Shown: in pieces, positions 26,801 to 37,293 of the stretch | Layout of the letters: each line of letters opens with the position of its first letter | How positions within the stretch are numbered: position 1 is the first letter of the stretch | Sequence record: SRR22947725_1575 | Direction: 5' to 3' (one strand) | DNA: 59,895 nucleotides | Made by a program: the position numbers and the translations under genes | The notes under the pieces: model-generated | Told to the model about the DNA's origin: nothing | What the model saw: the letters and a program-made list of their open reading frames with translations, nothing else | Database searches by the model: none

Positions 26801-28675
26801 ATGAAGCATCAGCGTGCAGAAAGTAAAAACCAACAAAGGGTAGCAAATCGCCTTTGGTGGATTCCGGCATTGGGTTTTGGTATTGCACTACTACTTCTGG
26901 TGGCCAATGGCTGGGTCGCCATGGAGATGACTTCTCAATTCCGAGAATACGGGAGCGAATTCTTAAAAGAGCAAACGACGGAACAATTGAAAAGTCTGGC
27001 TGAGGAGGAATCTCAGCTCATCGAGCTGGCTTTACAGTCATTGATGCGCGATCGATCCCCGAACGATCTGCTTACTGAAGAATTCTCAATTTTATTCACT
27101 TATGATTTGGTTGCAGTCATCAATCGAGATGAATCCATCATTGAGGCTTATCTTTTCAATGAGAACGGCAGAAGAAAAATAGAGGAGGGATCTCCCTGGC
27201 ACATTGAATTGTCAAACTCATCCGATCGCCTTGATTTTCGGCCGGTCAATTTTCGGTTCGTCTCAGCAACATCGGGACTGTATTTAATCTATTCCATTCG
27301 AGATCCACGTGACTTTAGTCAAGTATCACTGGTTTTAGGTAGAAAGATGCCGGATACATTTGAAGCATTTTCTGGGAATTCGAAACATTCTTTCAGGGTA
27401 ATCGCCGGTCCCGTTGAATCAAACGATATGGGAATTCAGGAAATCTGGGATCTGTCAAAAACCCCCATGAGGGAGATCCGGAATGGGTTTGATCGTCGTA
27501 GAAATGCCCCCCCCGGAGTCGAAAGTCGGCGTAGATTTGGACGAGGAGGCCCCCCTGGAAGGGGAGGGCCCGGTGGAGGGCAAGACAATGCTTACCCTGC
27601 CCCATTGACAGACAGGATTATTCAACAGGATCTGATCCTGGGTGACAAAAATATTCAGACAGACAATGGTGATTCACGTGCAATGGTGTTTTCCACCATC
27701 GATGGATCTGCCAATTCTGAAACTGTTCGAATTGAATTTCTTATCTCGAGGGATTTCCCTGAAACACTGGAATCCACCATCAATGCTATCCGACGAAATT
27801 CGATCGGTGTCAGCTTTCTGGTCTGCCTTTTCACATTGGTTGTCGTCACCGAAATGCGAAGACGTAAATGGGCACAGAACAAGTTACGAAACCAAAACGC
27901 TGCACTGAATGAAGCAAATCAGCGCAAGGACCGCTTGTTGGCCATCATATCCCATGACCTTCGAGCCCCGCTTACCGGCGTCAGTAATCTGAGTGGATTG
28001 TTGATGAAACAACCGGAATCGTTCACTGCGGATGAAATTCGAAAATTTGCAGGAGAAATTCAGGGAACCAGCAAGCACCTGACTGAACTACTGGATAACC
28101 TTCTTAACTGGGCACGATTGCAAACGGGACAATTACCCTATTTCCCTGGAAGCATTGACTTGGAAAGAGTCGCCCATCAATTAATTACCTTGTTTACCTC
28201 CACCGCAAAGGACAATGGCGTTCAATTAAAAGCGGAAGTAAAACAGAGCACGCAACTGGTCAATGACGTTGAGATGCTTCGCACTATTTTACGAAATCTA
28301 ATCTCCAACGCCATCCGACATACTCCGAAAGGTGGGAGTGTCCTTATTCACTGTGAACCTAATGAAGATGACATGCGCATAGAGGTGAGGGACACCGGAA
28401 GCGGAATGACAAGCGAAGAACAATCTCAACTCTTTCAATTGCCAGATAAACCTCGTGATCCGACAGAGGTAGGAAAAAAGGGAGCTGGTTTTGGTCTCGT
28501 CCTATCTCACATGTTGGCGAAGCGAATGGGAGGTCAATTAAATGTGCTCACATCAAGTGATGAAGGAACCATCTTTCGATTGGAAATTCCTCTGCAATGG
28601 CTACCCGAAGAAAATTCGGATCCGCTCGAACCAACTCAAGGATTTCAACATTCTAAGATATCAAACCCATCATGA
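26801..28675 (+). CDS. Membrane sensor histidine kinase (HisKA + HATPase)
   Basis: Two TM helices; IISHDLRAPL (H box), LRNLISNAIRHT (N), DTGSGM (G1), GAGFGL (G2). Confidence 0.92.
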   Translation: MKHQRAESKNQQRVANRLWWIPALGFGIALLLLVANGWVAMEMTSQFREYGSEFLKEQTTEQLKSLAEEESQLIELALQSLMRDRSPNDLLTEEFSILFTYDLVAVINRDESIIEAYLFNENGRRKIEEGSPWHIELSNSSDRLDFRPVNFRFVSATSGLYLIYSIRDPRDFSQVSLVLGRKMPDTFEAFSGNSKHSFRVIAGPVESNDMGIQEIWDLSKTPMREIRNGFDRRRNAPPGVESRRRFGRGGPPGRGGPGGGQDNAYPAPLTDRIIQQDLILGDKNIQTDNGDSRAMVFSTIDGSANSETVRIEFLISRDFPETLESTINAIRRNSIGVSFLVCLFTLVVVTEMRRRKWAQNKLRNQNAALNEANQRKDRLLAIISHDLRAPLTGVSNLSGLLMKQPESFTADEIRKFAGEIQGTSKHLTELLDNLLNWARLQTGQLPYFPGSIDLERVAHQLITLFTSTAKDNGVQLKAEVKQSTQLVNDVEMLRTILRNLISNAIRHTPKGGSVLIHCEPNEDDMRIEVRDTGSGMTSEEQSQLFQLPDKPRDPTEVGKKGAGFGLVLSHMLAKRMGGQLNVLTSSDEGTIFRLEIPLQWLPEENSDPLEPTQGFQHSKISNPS

Positions 28676-29340
28676 GCGAAGTCGTTAACTTGCCGGAAAC
28701 ACCATGGAGCACCTTACTGGTCGAAGATCAGGCATTACTTCGAAATGTCCTTTCCAAAACCATTCAACTGGATGAGCGTTTTGATTGGAAAGGAGATGCA
28801 GAGGATGGTCTGGAAGGCCGCGCTTTATGCGAGAAACATCAACCCCATTTGCTGGTGACCGATCTGCATCTGCCGGGAATGGATGGTATTGAATTATCAA
28901 AGCAGGTTCTCGAGGCATGGCCTCAAACACGCATCCTGGTCCTGACCAATTTGAAAGATCCCTACACCTTACATCAGCTCCAGGAAATAGGCGTCCATGG
29001 TTACGTCGAAAAAGATCAACCCCTGGAAATTTTTGAGGAAGCCATGGTTGAAGTGGCCACAGGCCACACCTATTTCACGGCCCTGCTCCACCGCAATCTT
29101 TCCGAACTGGAACGAGACGAAAGATCTTTTATTAAATTCCTGAGCCCAAAAGAACAACGCATCGTGGCTCTGGTTGGGGACGGACTGACCAGCAGGCAAA
29201 TAGCCGAAAAACTCGAACTCAGTCCTCGCTCCGTTGAAACCTATCGCTACCGCATCATGCACCGACTCGCATTCCAGAAAACCTCTGAGCTGGTGGACTA
29301 CGCACGCCAACAAGGACTCACCGGGGAACGTTTCAAATAA
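28672..29340 (+). CDS. NarL/FixJ-family response regulator (REC + LuxR HTH)
   Basis: LLVEDQ, VTDLHLPGMDG, LSPKEQRIV...G.TSRQIAEKLELSPRSVETYR; ATGA overlap with the kinase. Confidence 0.93.
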   Translation: MSEVVNLPETPWSTLLVEDQALLRNVLSKTIQLDERFDWKGDAEDGLEGRALCEKHQPHLLVTDLHLPGMDGIELSKQVLEAWPQTRILVLTNLKDPYTLHQLQEIGVHGYVEKDQPLEIFEEAMVEVATGHTYFTALLHRNLSELERDERSFIKFLSPKEQRIVALVGDGLTSRQIAEKLELSPRSVETYRYRIMHRLAFQKTSELVDYARQQGLTGERFK

Positions 29341-29663
29341 TGCTGTTTACCTGACTACACTTACCTCTAGACGTGTCAGCGTTAGCAATATGGAAAGGTC
29401 TCCTATAAACCAAACTCACAAACCAATGACTCAGTATCATTTTCATAAAATGTATCGAAGGTGTTAATGAGGTTTCCCAGATATATACCCCATGCCAATT
29501 TATCTTTGAGGTATAAAGCACTACATTCGAGACAGCTTGCAATTAGAAAGTAAAAGCCCCACAACCGGCCCCATGCCTATTTCGCACTTGTCAATATGCA
29601 GACATATCAGATATTGCACTTATGCACAGGCGCTCATCTCTATATCAGCCATACTGGGTCAAG

Positions 29664-30926
29664 ATGCCATTCATCCTGCTCGCAGCACTGCTTTTTGTCG
29701 TGTCGCATCCAGTCAAAGGCGCATCTTTGGAAATCCCTGCTGAAACTGCTTATCTGGAACCGGACCATGGTGATGCCCGGGTTTCAAGAAGAGGTGGTAT
29801 CGTGGACTGGGCCAGTAGCTCGACGTCGATCCAATGGTTTGGAAAAGCCAAGGAGGCAGGGACAGTCGATGTAAGCTTACGCATCAAGGGCAACGATGAT
29901 GGAGAAGCAACTCTTCTGTTTCAGATCGGTCGGAAAACAACGCAGAGGGAAATTAAGATTAAGCAAGGTGAGGAGACCATGGTTTCCTTTGACTCATTCC
30001 CCATTCCTTCACCAGGCTACCACGCCTTCAAATTAAGTCGGGTCAATCAGCAAAAAAGCAATCCACCCTCTATTGACATACTGAAGCTGGAACTATCTGG
30101 CGACCTCGCTCATCAGATTCATTTCAATTTGAAATCAAGACGCAATGCGGCTTCTGTCCATCTGGCCTACCCTGTCCAGAGCGATATGGAAGTAGCCGCT
30201 TTCTACTGTGAAATGACCGCGCTTGAAGATCCTGTTCACTCCTACTACATGGCTTGCGGCTGGCACCGGGGTTACTTTGGAATGCAGGTCAACAGTCCAT
30301 CGGAACGTCGCATTATCTTCAGCGTATGGGATCGAGGCAATGAACCGACTGATCCCAGCAAGGTTGAAAACGAAGACAGAGTCAAGCTGATCAAAAAAGG
30401 GGATGGCGTCTTTACCGGACGTTTTGGAAATGAAGGCACCGGCGGTCACAGTCATTTGAAATATCCATGGAAAACAAACAGCCTTCAAAAATTTCTGGTG
30501 ACAGCCAAACCCAAGGATGAGACGCACACGGTTTTCAGTGGTTATTATTTACACCCTGACAGCCAGCAATGGATGCTGATCTCAAGCTGGAGTACTCCGG
30601 GTGAGGGTGGTTACATGCGCGGCCTCTACAGCTTCAGTGAAAACTTTGTGGGACGCAACGGTCATTTAATACGCAAGGCTCTCTACGGAAACCAGTGGAT
30701 CCTCGACAGCAAAGGAACGTGGCACGAACAAACCACCGCCAAATTCAGTCACGACCCTACCGGTAGAGAAGATCGCCTGGACCGTTACATGGGGCTCGAA
30801 CAAGGACAGTTTTTTCTGTCTCACGGTGGGTTTCTCGATGGGTTTACGGCATACGGCACGCTTTTCCAACGTCCAGCTTCCGGCTCCAGACCCAAGGAAT
30901 TGATGAATCTCAGCTTGGATCAATAA
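29664..30926 (+). CDS. Secreted DUF3472/DUF5077-type protein
   Basis: Signal peptide; RRNAASVHLAY, SYYMACGWHRGYFGMQVNS..ERRIIFSVWD, FGNEGTGG, YSFSENF; ATG at 29664 preferred (track 29622). Confidence 0.8.
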   Translation: MPFILLAALLFVVSHPVKGASLEIPAETAYLEPDHGDARVSRRGGIVDWASSSTSIQWFGKAKEAGTVDVSLRIKGNDDGEATLLFQIGRKTTQREIKIKQGEETMVSFDSFPIPSPGYHAFKLSRVNQQKSNPPSIDILKLELSGDLAHQIHFNLKSRRNAASVHLAYPVQSDMEVAAFYCEMTALEDPVHSYYMACGWHRGYFGMQVNSPSERRIIFSVWDRGNEPTDPSKVENEDRVKLIKKGDGVFTGRFGNEGTGGHSHLKYPWKTNSLQKFLVTAKPKDETHTVFSGYYLHPDSQQWMLISSWSTPGEGGYMRGLYSFSENFVGRNGHLIRKALYGNQWILDSKGTWHEQTTAKFSHDPTGREDRLDRYMGLEQGQFFLSHGGFLDGFTAYGTLFQRPASGSRPKELMNLSLDQ

Positions 30927-30971
30927 ATCGGGGCGCACTTCAATCCGAATCAAAAAGGTAATATGGAGGCG

Positions 30972-31397
30972 CTATTCTGCCCTGAACCAGAGAATATCCA
31001 GCAAACGCATCCCGAGAGCGCCTGCCACATAAGCAACCAGATCGGATACAAGAAAGCCCTGCCCCAACACCAAATTGAAGGGAACCGTTGTTCTAAATTG
31101 CTGGGCCCAATCCGCTTGATATAATTGAGAAAACTCAATGACCGTGGCTCCAGCAATGGTCAGGCCAAATACAAACCATCCTGAACGAGATCTCAATCCC
31201 AACAGCAAAACCCCGTAGAGAGCCGCTGCCCATAAGACATCCCCGCCATAGAGCAGCATCCAGTCCGGAGACCAGGCTCTCGCAAACGTTCTGGAAGCCA
31301 GTCCTGTTCCAATGATTACAACAAGTGTCCACAAACAGCGCCATGGTCGAAGTGGCCTGATTTGAGAGGATCCTTCATCGGTTGTTGCGTTGGACAT
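30972..31397 (-). CDS. DUF2809-type small membrane protein
   Basis: GLASR, YGGDVLWA, IEFSQLY, LVLGQGF..SDLVAY..G; ATG at 31397 avoids overlap with the divergent gene. Confidence 0.8.
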   Translation of the reverse strand: MSNATTDEGSSQIRPLRPWRCLWTLVVIIGTGLASRTFARAWSPDWMLLYGGDVLWAAALYGVLLLGLRSRSGWFVFGLTIAGATVIEFSQLYQADWAQQFRTTVPFNLVLGQGFLVSDLVAYVAGALGMRLLDILWFRAE

Positions 31398-31422
31398 ACG
31401 GGTTGCCTTATAAAGATACCTT

Positions 31423-31914
31423 ATGCCGACGGTGGGTGAACAACTTGCTTCCGCCAGGGAAGCCAAAAAATGGGTTCTGGAGGATGTGGCTCGTCTCACC
31501 AAGTTGCGGAGCGATCAGGTTCTTGCGCTTGAGGAGGGGCGGTATCATGTCTTCTCTGCACCCGTGTACGTTCGCGGTTTTGTTAAATCTTACGCCAAAC
31601 TTGTCAACATTGATCCTGCACCACTTCTTGAAGAGCTCAACGGCGAACTCAACAAAGATAAAAAATTTCAACAAGCCGAGTCACTGACGGGCCCTCAGCG
31701 CGGTTTGATTGAATGGTGCGCCTATGCCCTTTCAAGGGTTCCTTGGAAAATTGTCGTGCCTCTGGTTGCAGTATTGGTGCTGGTTGCCGTTTTTGTCTGG
31801 GGCATGCAGTGGTGGGAATCCTACAAGAACCGAGACCCACTGGAAAACCTGCCTCCGGGTTATTACCAATCTTCAAACCCTCTCCCAGCGGAATACATCC
31901 CTCTGGAAGAGTAG
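31423..31914 (+). CDS. RodZ-like HTH membrane protein
   Basis: VGEQLASARE...LEDVARLTKLR...ALEEG...VYVRGFVKSYAKLV plus one TM helix; short periplasmic part. Confidence 0.82.
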   Translation: MPTVGEQLASAREAKKWVLEDVARLTKLRSDQVLALEEGRYHVFSAPVYVRGFVKSYAKLVNIDPAPLLEELNGELNKDKKFQQAESLTGPQRGLIEWCAYALSRVPWKIVVPLVAVLVLVAVFVWGMQWWESYKNRDPLENLPPGYYQSSNPLPAEYIPLEE

Positions 31915-31943
31915 GTTCGAAAAGCCTTTCCCAGAAAAGCCAA

Positions 31944-33074
31944 TCACACTTTGACCGTGTGACCGGAGCGAATGGATCGGTAAATGGCTTCGATCACCTT
32001 CAAATCACGCATGCCTTCCTCACCGGAAACCTGTGATTCTCGGCCCTCGAGAATGCACTTTGAGAAATTGTCCATTTCATTGGCAAACTGATCGATAACC
32101 GGCTTTTCAATCACGTCTCCCTTGCTGGTTCGTCCCTTGATGCCCCCATAACTGTAGGCTGGATCCAGACTGAACCAGCCCTTGTCGCAATGGGCGGAAA
32201 AACGATTGATACCACTGAAATTGTAAGTCGTGCTGCAATAGGCCAGCACACCGCTTGGAAACTTCATGGTCCATACGATGGATTCATCCACCTCGGCAAA
32301 TTTCACCGGATCGGTCTTGGTTTCCTGTGCAGAAATTTCGACGGGTTCCTCACCGGCTAAAAACCGACAAGCCTGCAGCGCATAGATCCCAACGTCCATC
32401 AATGCACCGCCACCGGCAAGATCCGCTTTCAAACGCCATTGATCAGGGTTACCAATCCGAAACCCAAAACCAGCATCGATCATTTTCAAATCCCCAAACA
32501 CCTTTTCCCGCGCAAGACGCATGCATTCGACGTTGTTGGGTTCAAATTGACATCGATACCCGATGGCCAGCTTCTTGCCTGCGTCCTTGCAGGCATTGAT
32601 CATCGCCTGACAATCCGAGGCGGAATTGGCCATGGGTTTTTCACAAAGCACATGTTTGCCCGCCTTGGCGCCACGAATGGTGTACTCGGGATGCATCCCG
32701 TTGGGTAATACAACGTAGACGACATCGATATCCGGATTGGTGGCGATTTGATCATAATTATCGTAATTGTAGCAGTTCCTGGCGGGGAGATTGTATTTGG
32801 CTTTCCATTTTTCAATCTTGGAAGGGGTACCGCTGACAATACCAGCCAGCCGGGAATGCTCTGTTTTCTCAAGCCCCGGAGCAATTTGATTCGTGCTCAA
32901 TCCCCCCAGTCCAACCAGGGCATAACCCAGTTTCTTCTTTTCCTGAGACTGGACCCTCGGGGCCCAGAGACCGGTTTCACCCGCGACGACCGCACCCGCA
33001 GCAAGTGTTCCTGCTTTTTGGATGAAACCACGGCGATCGGTTGATTTTTTCAGAAGCGATGGATTATCTTTCAT
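31944..33074 (-). CDS. Tat-exported Gfo/Idh/MocA (glucose-fructose oxidoreductase-like) protein
   Basis: TDRRGFI Tat motif; GYALVGLG, VYVVLPNGMH, HVLCEKPMA, GGGALMDVGIY. Confidence 0.9.
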   Translation of the reverse strand: MKDNPSLLKKSTDRRGFIQKAGTLAAGAVVAGETGLWAPRVQSQEKKKLGYALVGLGGLSTNQIAPGLEKTEHSRLAGIVSGTPSKIEKWKAKYNLPARNCYNYDNYDQIATNPDIDVVYVVLPNGMHPEYTIRGAKAGKHVLCEKPMANSASDCQAMINACKDAGKKLAIGYRCQFEPNNVECMRLAREKVFGDLKMIDAGFGFRIGNPDQWRLKADLAGGGALMDVGIYALQACRFLAGEEPVEISAQETKTDPVKFAEVDESIVWTMKFPSGVLAYCSTTYNFSGINRFSAHCDKGWFSLDPAYSYGGIKGRTSKGDVIEKPVIDQFANEMDNFSKCILEGRESQVSGEEGMRDLKVIEAIYRSIRSGHTVKV

Positions 33075-33141
33075 GATTCGATTGTCTGAAACATTGGTCA
33101 CTTTGCCAAGTGCGCGTTTGTAATTATTACAGGGAGAAAGG

Positions 33142-33170
33142 TTGACGCCTTACCAAGGTTTATCTACTCT
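33142..33170 (+). promoter_or_regulatory. Candidate sigma70 promoter for the SulP gene
   Basis: TTGACG, 17-nt spacer, TACTCT. Confidence 0.45.
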
Positions 33171-33238
33171 CTGCCCTCCTTCCAATCCCGAAGGAAACAC
33201 CTTGCTCAACTTCCAACGAAGATTCGCAATCTAAACCC

Positions 33239-34789
33239 ATGTTTCAGTTGATTTACCGTAAGTACGGAAACCGTCTCCGTGCCAAGGATGATTTGTTATC
33301 CGGATTAACCGTCGCTCTGGCTCTGGTGCCGGAAGCGGTAGCCTTTGCATTCGTCGCCGGTGTGGATCCTCTGGTGGGCCTCTATGCTGCCTTCATTGTC
33401 GGACTCATCACGTCAATATTTGGCGGACGCCCCGGAATGATCTCGGGTGCCACCGGGGCACTGGCCGTTGTGTGCGTCTCTCTGGTCGCGGAACACGGCG
33501 TCGAGTATTTGTTTCCAACGGTGGTGTTGATGGGGTTGATACAGGTGGCCGTCGGACTCCTGCGGCTGGGTAAATTCATCAGGCTGGTCCCCCACCCTGT
33601 GATGCTGGGATTTGTCAATGGACTGGCCATCGTCATCTTTCTGGCGCAGATCCCCCAGTTCACCGTCGATCCTACGGTTGCAGATGCCGCCTGGAAAACA
33701 GGAAAGGATCTCTACCTGATGCTGGGCATGGTGGGCCTGACCATGGGGATCATTCATTACCTGCCTCGATTGACCACCGCCATTCCTTCGTCGCTGACGG
33801 CCATTCTATTTATTACCGGGCTTTCGATCGGCATCGAGAAAATGACAGGATTTCATACTCGAACCGTGGGAGATCTGGCTCCCATCGGTGGTGGGTTGCC
33901 TGCGTTCCAGTGGTTCACGGTTGGCATGAACAGTGAAACGCTTGGCATCATCTGGAAATACGCGGTGATCATGGCAGCCGTCGGTTTGATCGAATCCTTG
34001 ATGACCTTGTCACTGATCGATGAACTGACAGAAACCAGAGGTCGAGGAAATCGGGAGTGCATCGGTCAGGGAGCATCCAATATTGTCACTGGATTTTTTG
34101 GAGGCATGGGAGGCTGTGCCATGATCGGTCAAAGCATGATCAATATCCGATCGGGTGGACGTGGCAGATTGTCCGGTTTCTCGGCCGCGATGTTTCTCCT
34201 GATCTTCATTCTGTTCACTTCGCGCTACATTGAAATGATACCACTTGCCGCACTTACCGGTGTGATGATGATGGTTGTGCTGGGCACGTTTGAATGGGCT
34301 TCGCTGCGTTTGTTTGGGAGAGTTCCAAAGGAAGATTTGTTTGTCGTGATCCTGGTGTCCGTGGTGACGGTGTTCACGGATCTGGCCGTTGCCGTACTCA
34401 CAGGTGTGCTGGTGTCCGCTCTGGTATTTGCCTGGAAGAGCGCCAAGCATATCGAAGTCAAGGAGACCACCAATGATCATGGTACGAAGATGTATCTACT
34501 GAATGGACCGTTGTTTTTTGCTTCCACCAAAAATTTCCAGGACAAATTTGATCCTGCAAACGATCCGGAGGATGTGATCATTGATTTCAAGAATTCACGC
34601 GTCTGCGATCATTCGGCCATTGAGGCCATCAATGCGCTCACGGAACGCTACCTGACCAACGGAACCAAGCTGCACCTGCGTCATTTGAGTCAGGACTGTA
34701 TTCAGCTTCTGGACAAGGCCGCTGATATCGTGGAGATCAACATCCTAGAAGACCCCAACTACCACGTGGCAGACAATAAGATGGCTTGA
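33239..34789 (+). CDS. SulP-family inorganic anion transporter with STAS domain
   Basis: [47 protein letters not shown]...[11 protein letters not shown]. Confidence 0.93.
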   Translation: MFQLIYRKYGNRLRAKDDLLSGLTVALALVPEAVAFAFVAGVDPLVGLYAAFIVGLITSIFGGRPGMISGATGALAVVCVSLVAEHGVEYLFPTVVLMGLIQVAVGLLRLGKFIRLVPHPVMLGFVNGLAIVIFLAQIPQFTVDPTVADAAWKTGKDLYLMLGMVGLTMGIIHYLPRLTTAIPSSLTAILFITGLSIGIEKMTGFHTRTVGDLAPIGGGLPAFQWFTVGMNSETLGIIWKYAVIMAAVGLIESLMTLSLIDELTETRGRGNRECIGQGASNIVTGFFGGMGGCAMIGQSMINIRSGGRGRLSGFSAAMFLLIFILFTSRYIEMIPLAALTGVMMMVVLGTFEWASLRLFGRVPKEDLFVVILVSVVTVFTDLAVAVLTGVLVSALVFAWKSAKHIEVKETTNDHGTKMYLLNGPLFFASTKNFQDKFDPANDPEDVIIDFKNSRVCDHSAIEAINALTERYLTNGTKLHLRHLSQDCIQLLDKAADIVEINILEDPNYHVADNKMA

Positions 34790-35245
34790 AAAAGAGATTA
34801 CAGGACAAGCTGCGGATGGACCTTTTTCGCCTTTTTTTTGGGAACTGTTCAGAACTTCGGCTTTAAAACAACCGCACCACACAAGCAGATGTAGCCCATT
34901 AATTCGTTCAACTCGTCTGCCTGTAAATCCCCCCTTCGCCTGGACAGTTGAGGAGGACTGATAGCACAGGGGAAAAACGTGTTTTGGCAAGCTCCCTCCA
35001 AAGATTTTGGAATATTGGATATTAGCCACACCTATCCCGTCATTTTCTTGAGTCGGCCCCTTCTGAAAAATCTTTCAGGCTTAGGATTTGCCAGGGTGAG
35101 GCTATCGGGAAGTCCATACTTCCCTCAAACGGATGACGGTAAGGTGCACGAATCATGGGAAAGTGAAAGAAGACGAAGGTCGGGAATGAAAGATCACAAG
35201 ACTTGACGCGCATCAAATTCATATCTATGGAATGGTATACCTCCC

Positions 35246-35653
35246 ATGAAATGTATCAGAAACTCCCTTGCAGGTATGATATGCGGCACCTTGGTAGGGC
35301 TTGTTTTTTCCGTCGCCACCCAGATACCGCTGGGTGAGGATCCTGTTACGGATTATGTCATGTATAGCCTGTGGTCTGCCTTACTGACCCTCACGGGTGT
35401 TCCCATCGTCGTTGCGCTCTTGATGCTATTAGGAGCGAGGTTATTGAAATACCCTGATCTACATCCTCTGCGTCTGATCGCTGTTGCCTTCGCAACACTG
35501 TTCTGTCCCTTACTCGGAGGGGTCTTTGGAGCAACAATCATCACCGTGGTCAAATTCATTACCATGGTCACATTAATGGGCGCCACAGGTGGGGCTCTCT
35601 GGGGCCTTGTGTTGAAACCAAACAGGCTCCCACGCAGCGGCAGCAAAAATTAA
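35246..35653 (+). CDS. Hypothetical small multi-pass membrane protein
   Basis: 135-aa ORF with about four hydrophobic segments; no family recognised. Confidence 0.6.
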   Translation: MKCIRNSLAGMICGTLVGLVFSVATQIPLGEDPVTDYVMYSLWSALLTLTGVPIVVALLMLLGARLLKYPDLHPLRLIAVAFATLFCPLLGGVFGATIITVVKFITMVTLMGATGGALWGLVLKPNRLPRSGSKN

Positions 35654-35995
35654 GAACAGGAATTCCGAGGGTGATCGCAGCCAGATCTCAGAGGGCCGAT
35701 CGTGCTGACATACAAGCTAACTCGATACCATCCCTTCCACCCACGATGGCTCCCTGCACGAAATGCAATGGTAAAAAGAAACCAGACCAAAACCGATTTC
35801 AGGCAAACCTGCTCCATTCACGGATTCTAAAAATCCCTCTCCTTGATTGGCGCCTGGCCTGGTTGAAAAACACCTTCAGATCCAGCCCCTGAACTCAAGA
35901 GTGTGCATTGTCTCCGTCACATTACAGCTTGATCAAAATCTCCATTCCCTGTTCCATGACAGGGTTATTCACCTTAAACCTCTGAAAAAAATCCG

Positions 35996-37216
35996 ATGTT
36001 GAAATTTATCCACCTGCTCACACTCACAGGGGCTTTCTTCCTGATCCCCATGACAGGCCTGCTTGCGCAGGGCGCCACTCAACACAAGGCCGAACTTATT
36101 TTCCCTCTGGAAACATGGCACAATCATGGTTCCTGCATCGTGGAGGCTTCCAATGGAGACCTGATTGTCTGCTGGTTCCATGGATCAGGGGAAAGGAAAT
36201 CGGATGACGTAAAGATCCTGGGCGCCCGCAAACCCAAGGGGGCCAAAACCTGGAGCAAACCTTTCTTGATGGCTGATACCCCTGAATTCCCCGACACCAA
36301 TTGCTGCATGATCATCGACCCTCAGGATCGCCTCTGGTTGCTCTGGCCAACGATTCAGGCCAATCTCTGGGAATCGGCGCTCATGAAATACAAGATCTCC
36401 TCGAGTTACACTCAAAAAGAAGGACCTCCTGAGTGGGATACCGAAAAAGTGTTGCACGTCAAACCGGGTGATGCATTTGCGGATGTGGTGAAAAAGAAAA
36501 CGGCCAACTACTTGAACAGTCAGCAATTGACACCCGGCATGATTGAATGGGCGCATGACAATTTCCGGCAGGCAGAGGACAAGCTCACGCGCCGCCTGGG
36601 ATGGTTCACGCGCGCACATCCTTACATCCTGGATGATGAACGCATGCTGGTGGGGCTTTACTCCGATGGATTTTCATTCTCGATGGTGGCCATCACCGAT
36701 GACTGGGGACAGTCGTGGCAGTTCAGCGAACCCATTGTTGGAGGCGGAAGCATTCAACCCAGTTTTGCCCGCCGCAAGGACGGTACACTGGTCACCTACA
36801 TGCGGGACAACGGCCCTCCCCCCAACCGTGTGCTGGTATCGGAATCCAAGGATGAAGGTGTCAGCTGGTCGATGGTGTACGATCACCCGCAACTCGCCAA
36901 TCCAGGGGCCGGGCTGGAATTGATGCAACTCAATGATGGACGATTCCTTGCGATTTACAATGATACCGAGGATGGGCGTCATCAGTTGGCTGTCTCCATT
37001 TCTGAGGATGAGGGGAAAACCTACACTCACACACGCCATCTGGAAAAACGCGCGCCGGGCGAGGGCTCATTCCATTACCCATCCATCATTCAGGCAAAGG
37101 ATGGAACTCTTCATTGCACCTACAGTTATTTCACACCCAACGGTCTTGACGGACGCGAAGGGAAGTCGATCAAGTATGCGACGTTCAACATCGATTGGGT
37201 CATGAATGGTGATTGA
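35996..37216 (+). CDS. Secreted sialidase-like (BNR/Asp-box) protein
   Basis: Signal peptide; HNHGSCIVE..NGDLIVCWF.GSGE; Asp-boxes TDDWGQSW, SKDEGVSW, SEDEGKTY; FHYPSIIQ. Confidence 0.85.
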   Translation: MLKFIHLLTLTGAFFLIPMTGLLAQGATQHKAELIFPLETWHNHGSCIVEASNGDLIVCWFHGSGERKSDDVKILGARKPKGAKTWSKPFLMADTPEFPDTNCCMIIDPQDRLWLLWPTIQANLWESALMKYKISSSYTQKEGPPEWDTEKVLHVKPGDAFADVVKKKTANYLNSQQLTPGMIEWAHDNFRQAEDKLTRRLGWFTRAHPYILDDERMLVGLYSDGFSFSMVAITDDWGQSWQFSEPIVGGGSIQPSFARRKDGTLVTYMRDNGPPPNRVLVSESKDEGVSWSMVYDHPQLANPGAGLELMQLNDGRFLAIYNDTEDGRHQLAVSISEDEGKTYTHTRHLEKRAPGEGSFHYPSIIQAKDGTLHCTYSYFTPNGLDGREGKSIKYATFNIDWVMNGD

Positions 37217-37293
37217 ATCGCCCCCCTGAGCCAGGAGAAAACCTGACTCATTTGGCATTGGTTTTGCTAACCAATGGTTCAAAAACAAATGTC

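Noticed and set aside
34790-35245. Short ORFs or a riboswitch in long intergenic gaps (also 12401-12783, 15911-16270, 19877-20240, 29341-29620, 35654-35995)
   Set aside because: No recognisable protein motif, RNA family or conserved repeat by eye; may be decayed DNA but cannot be supported without searches
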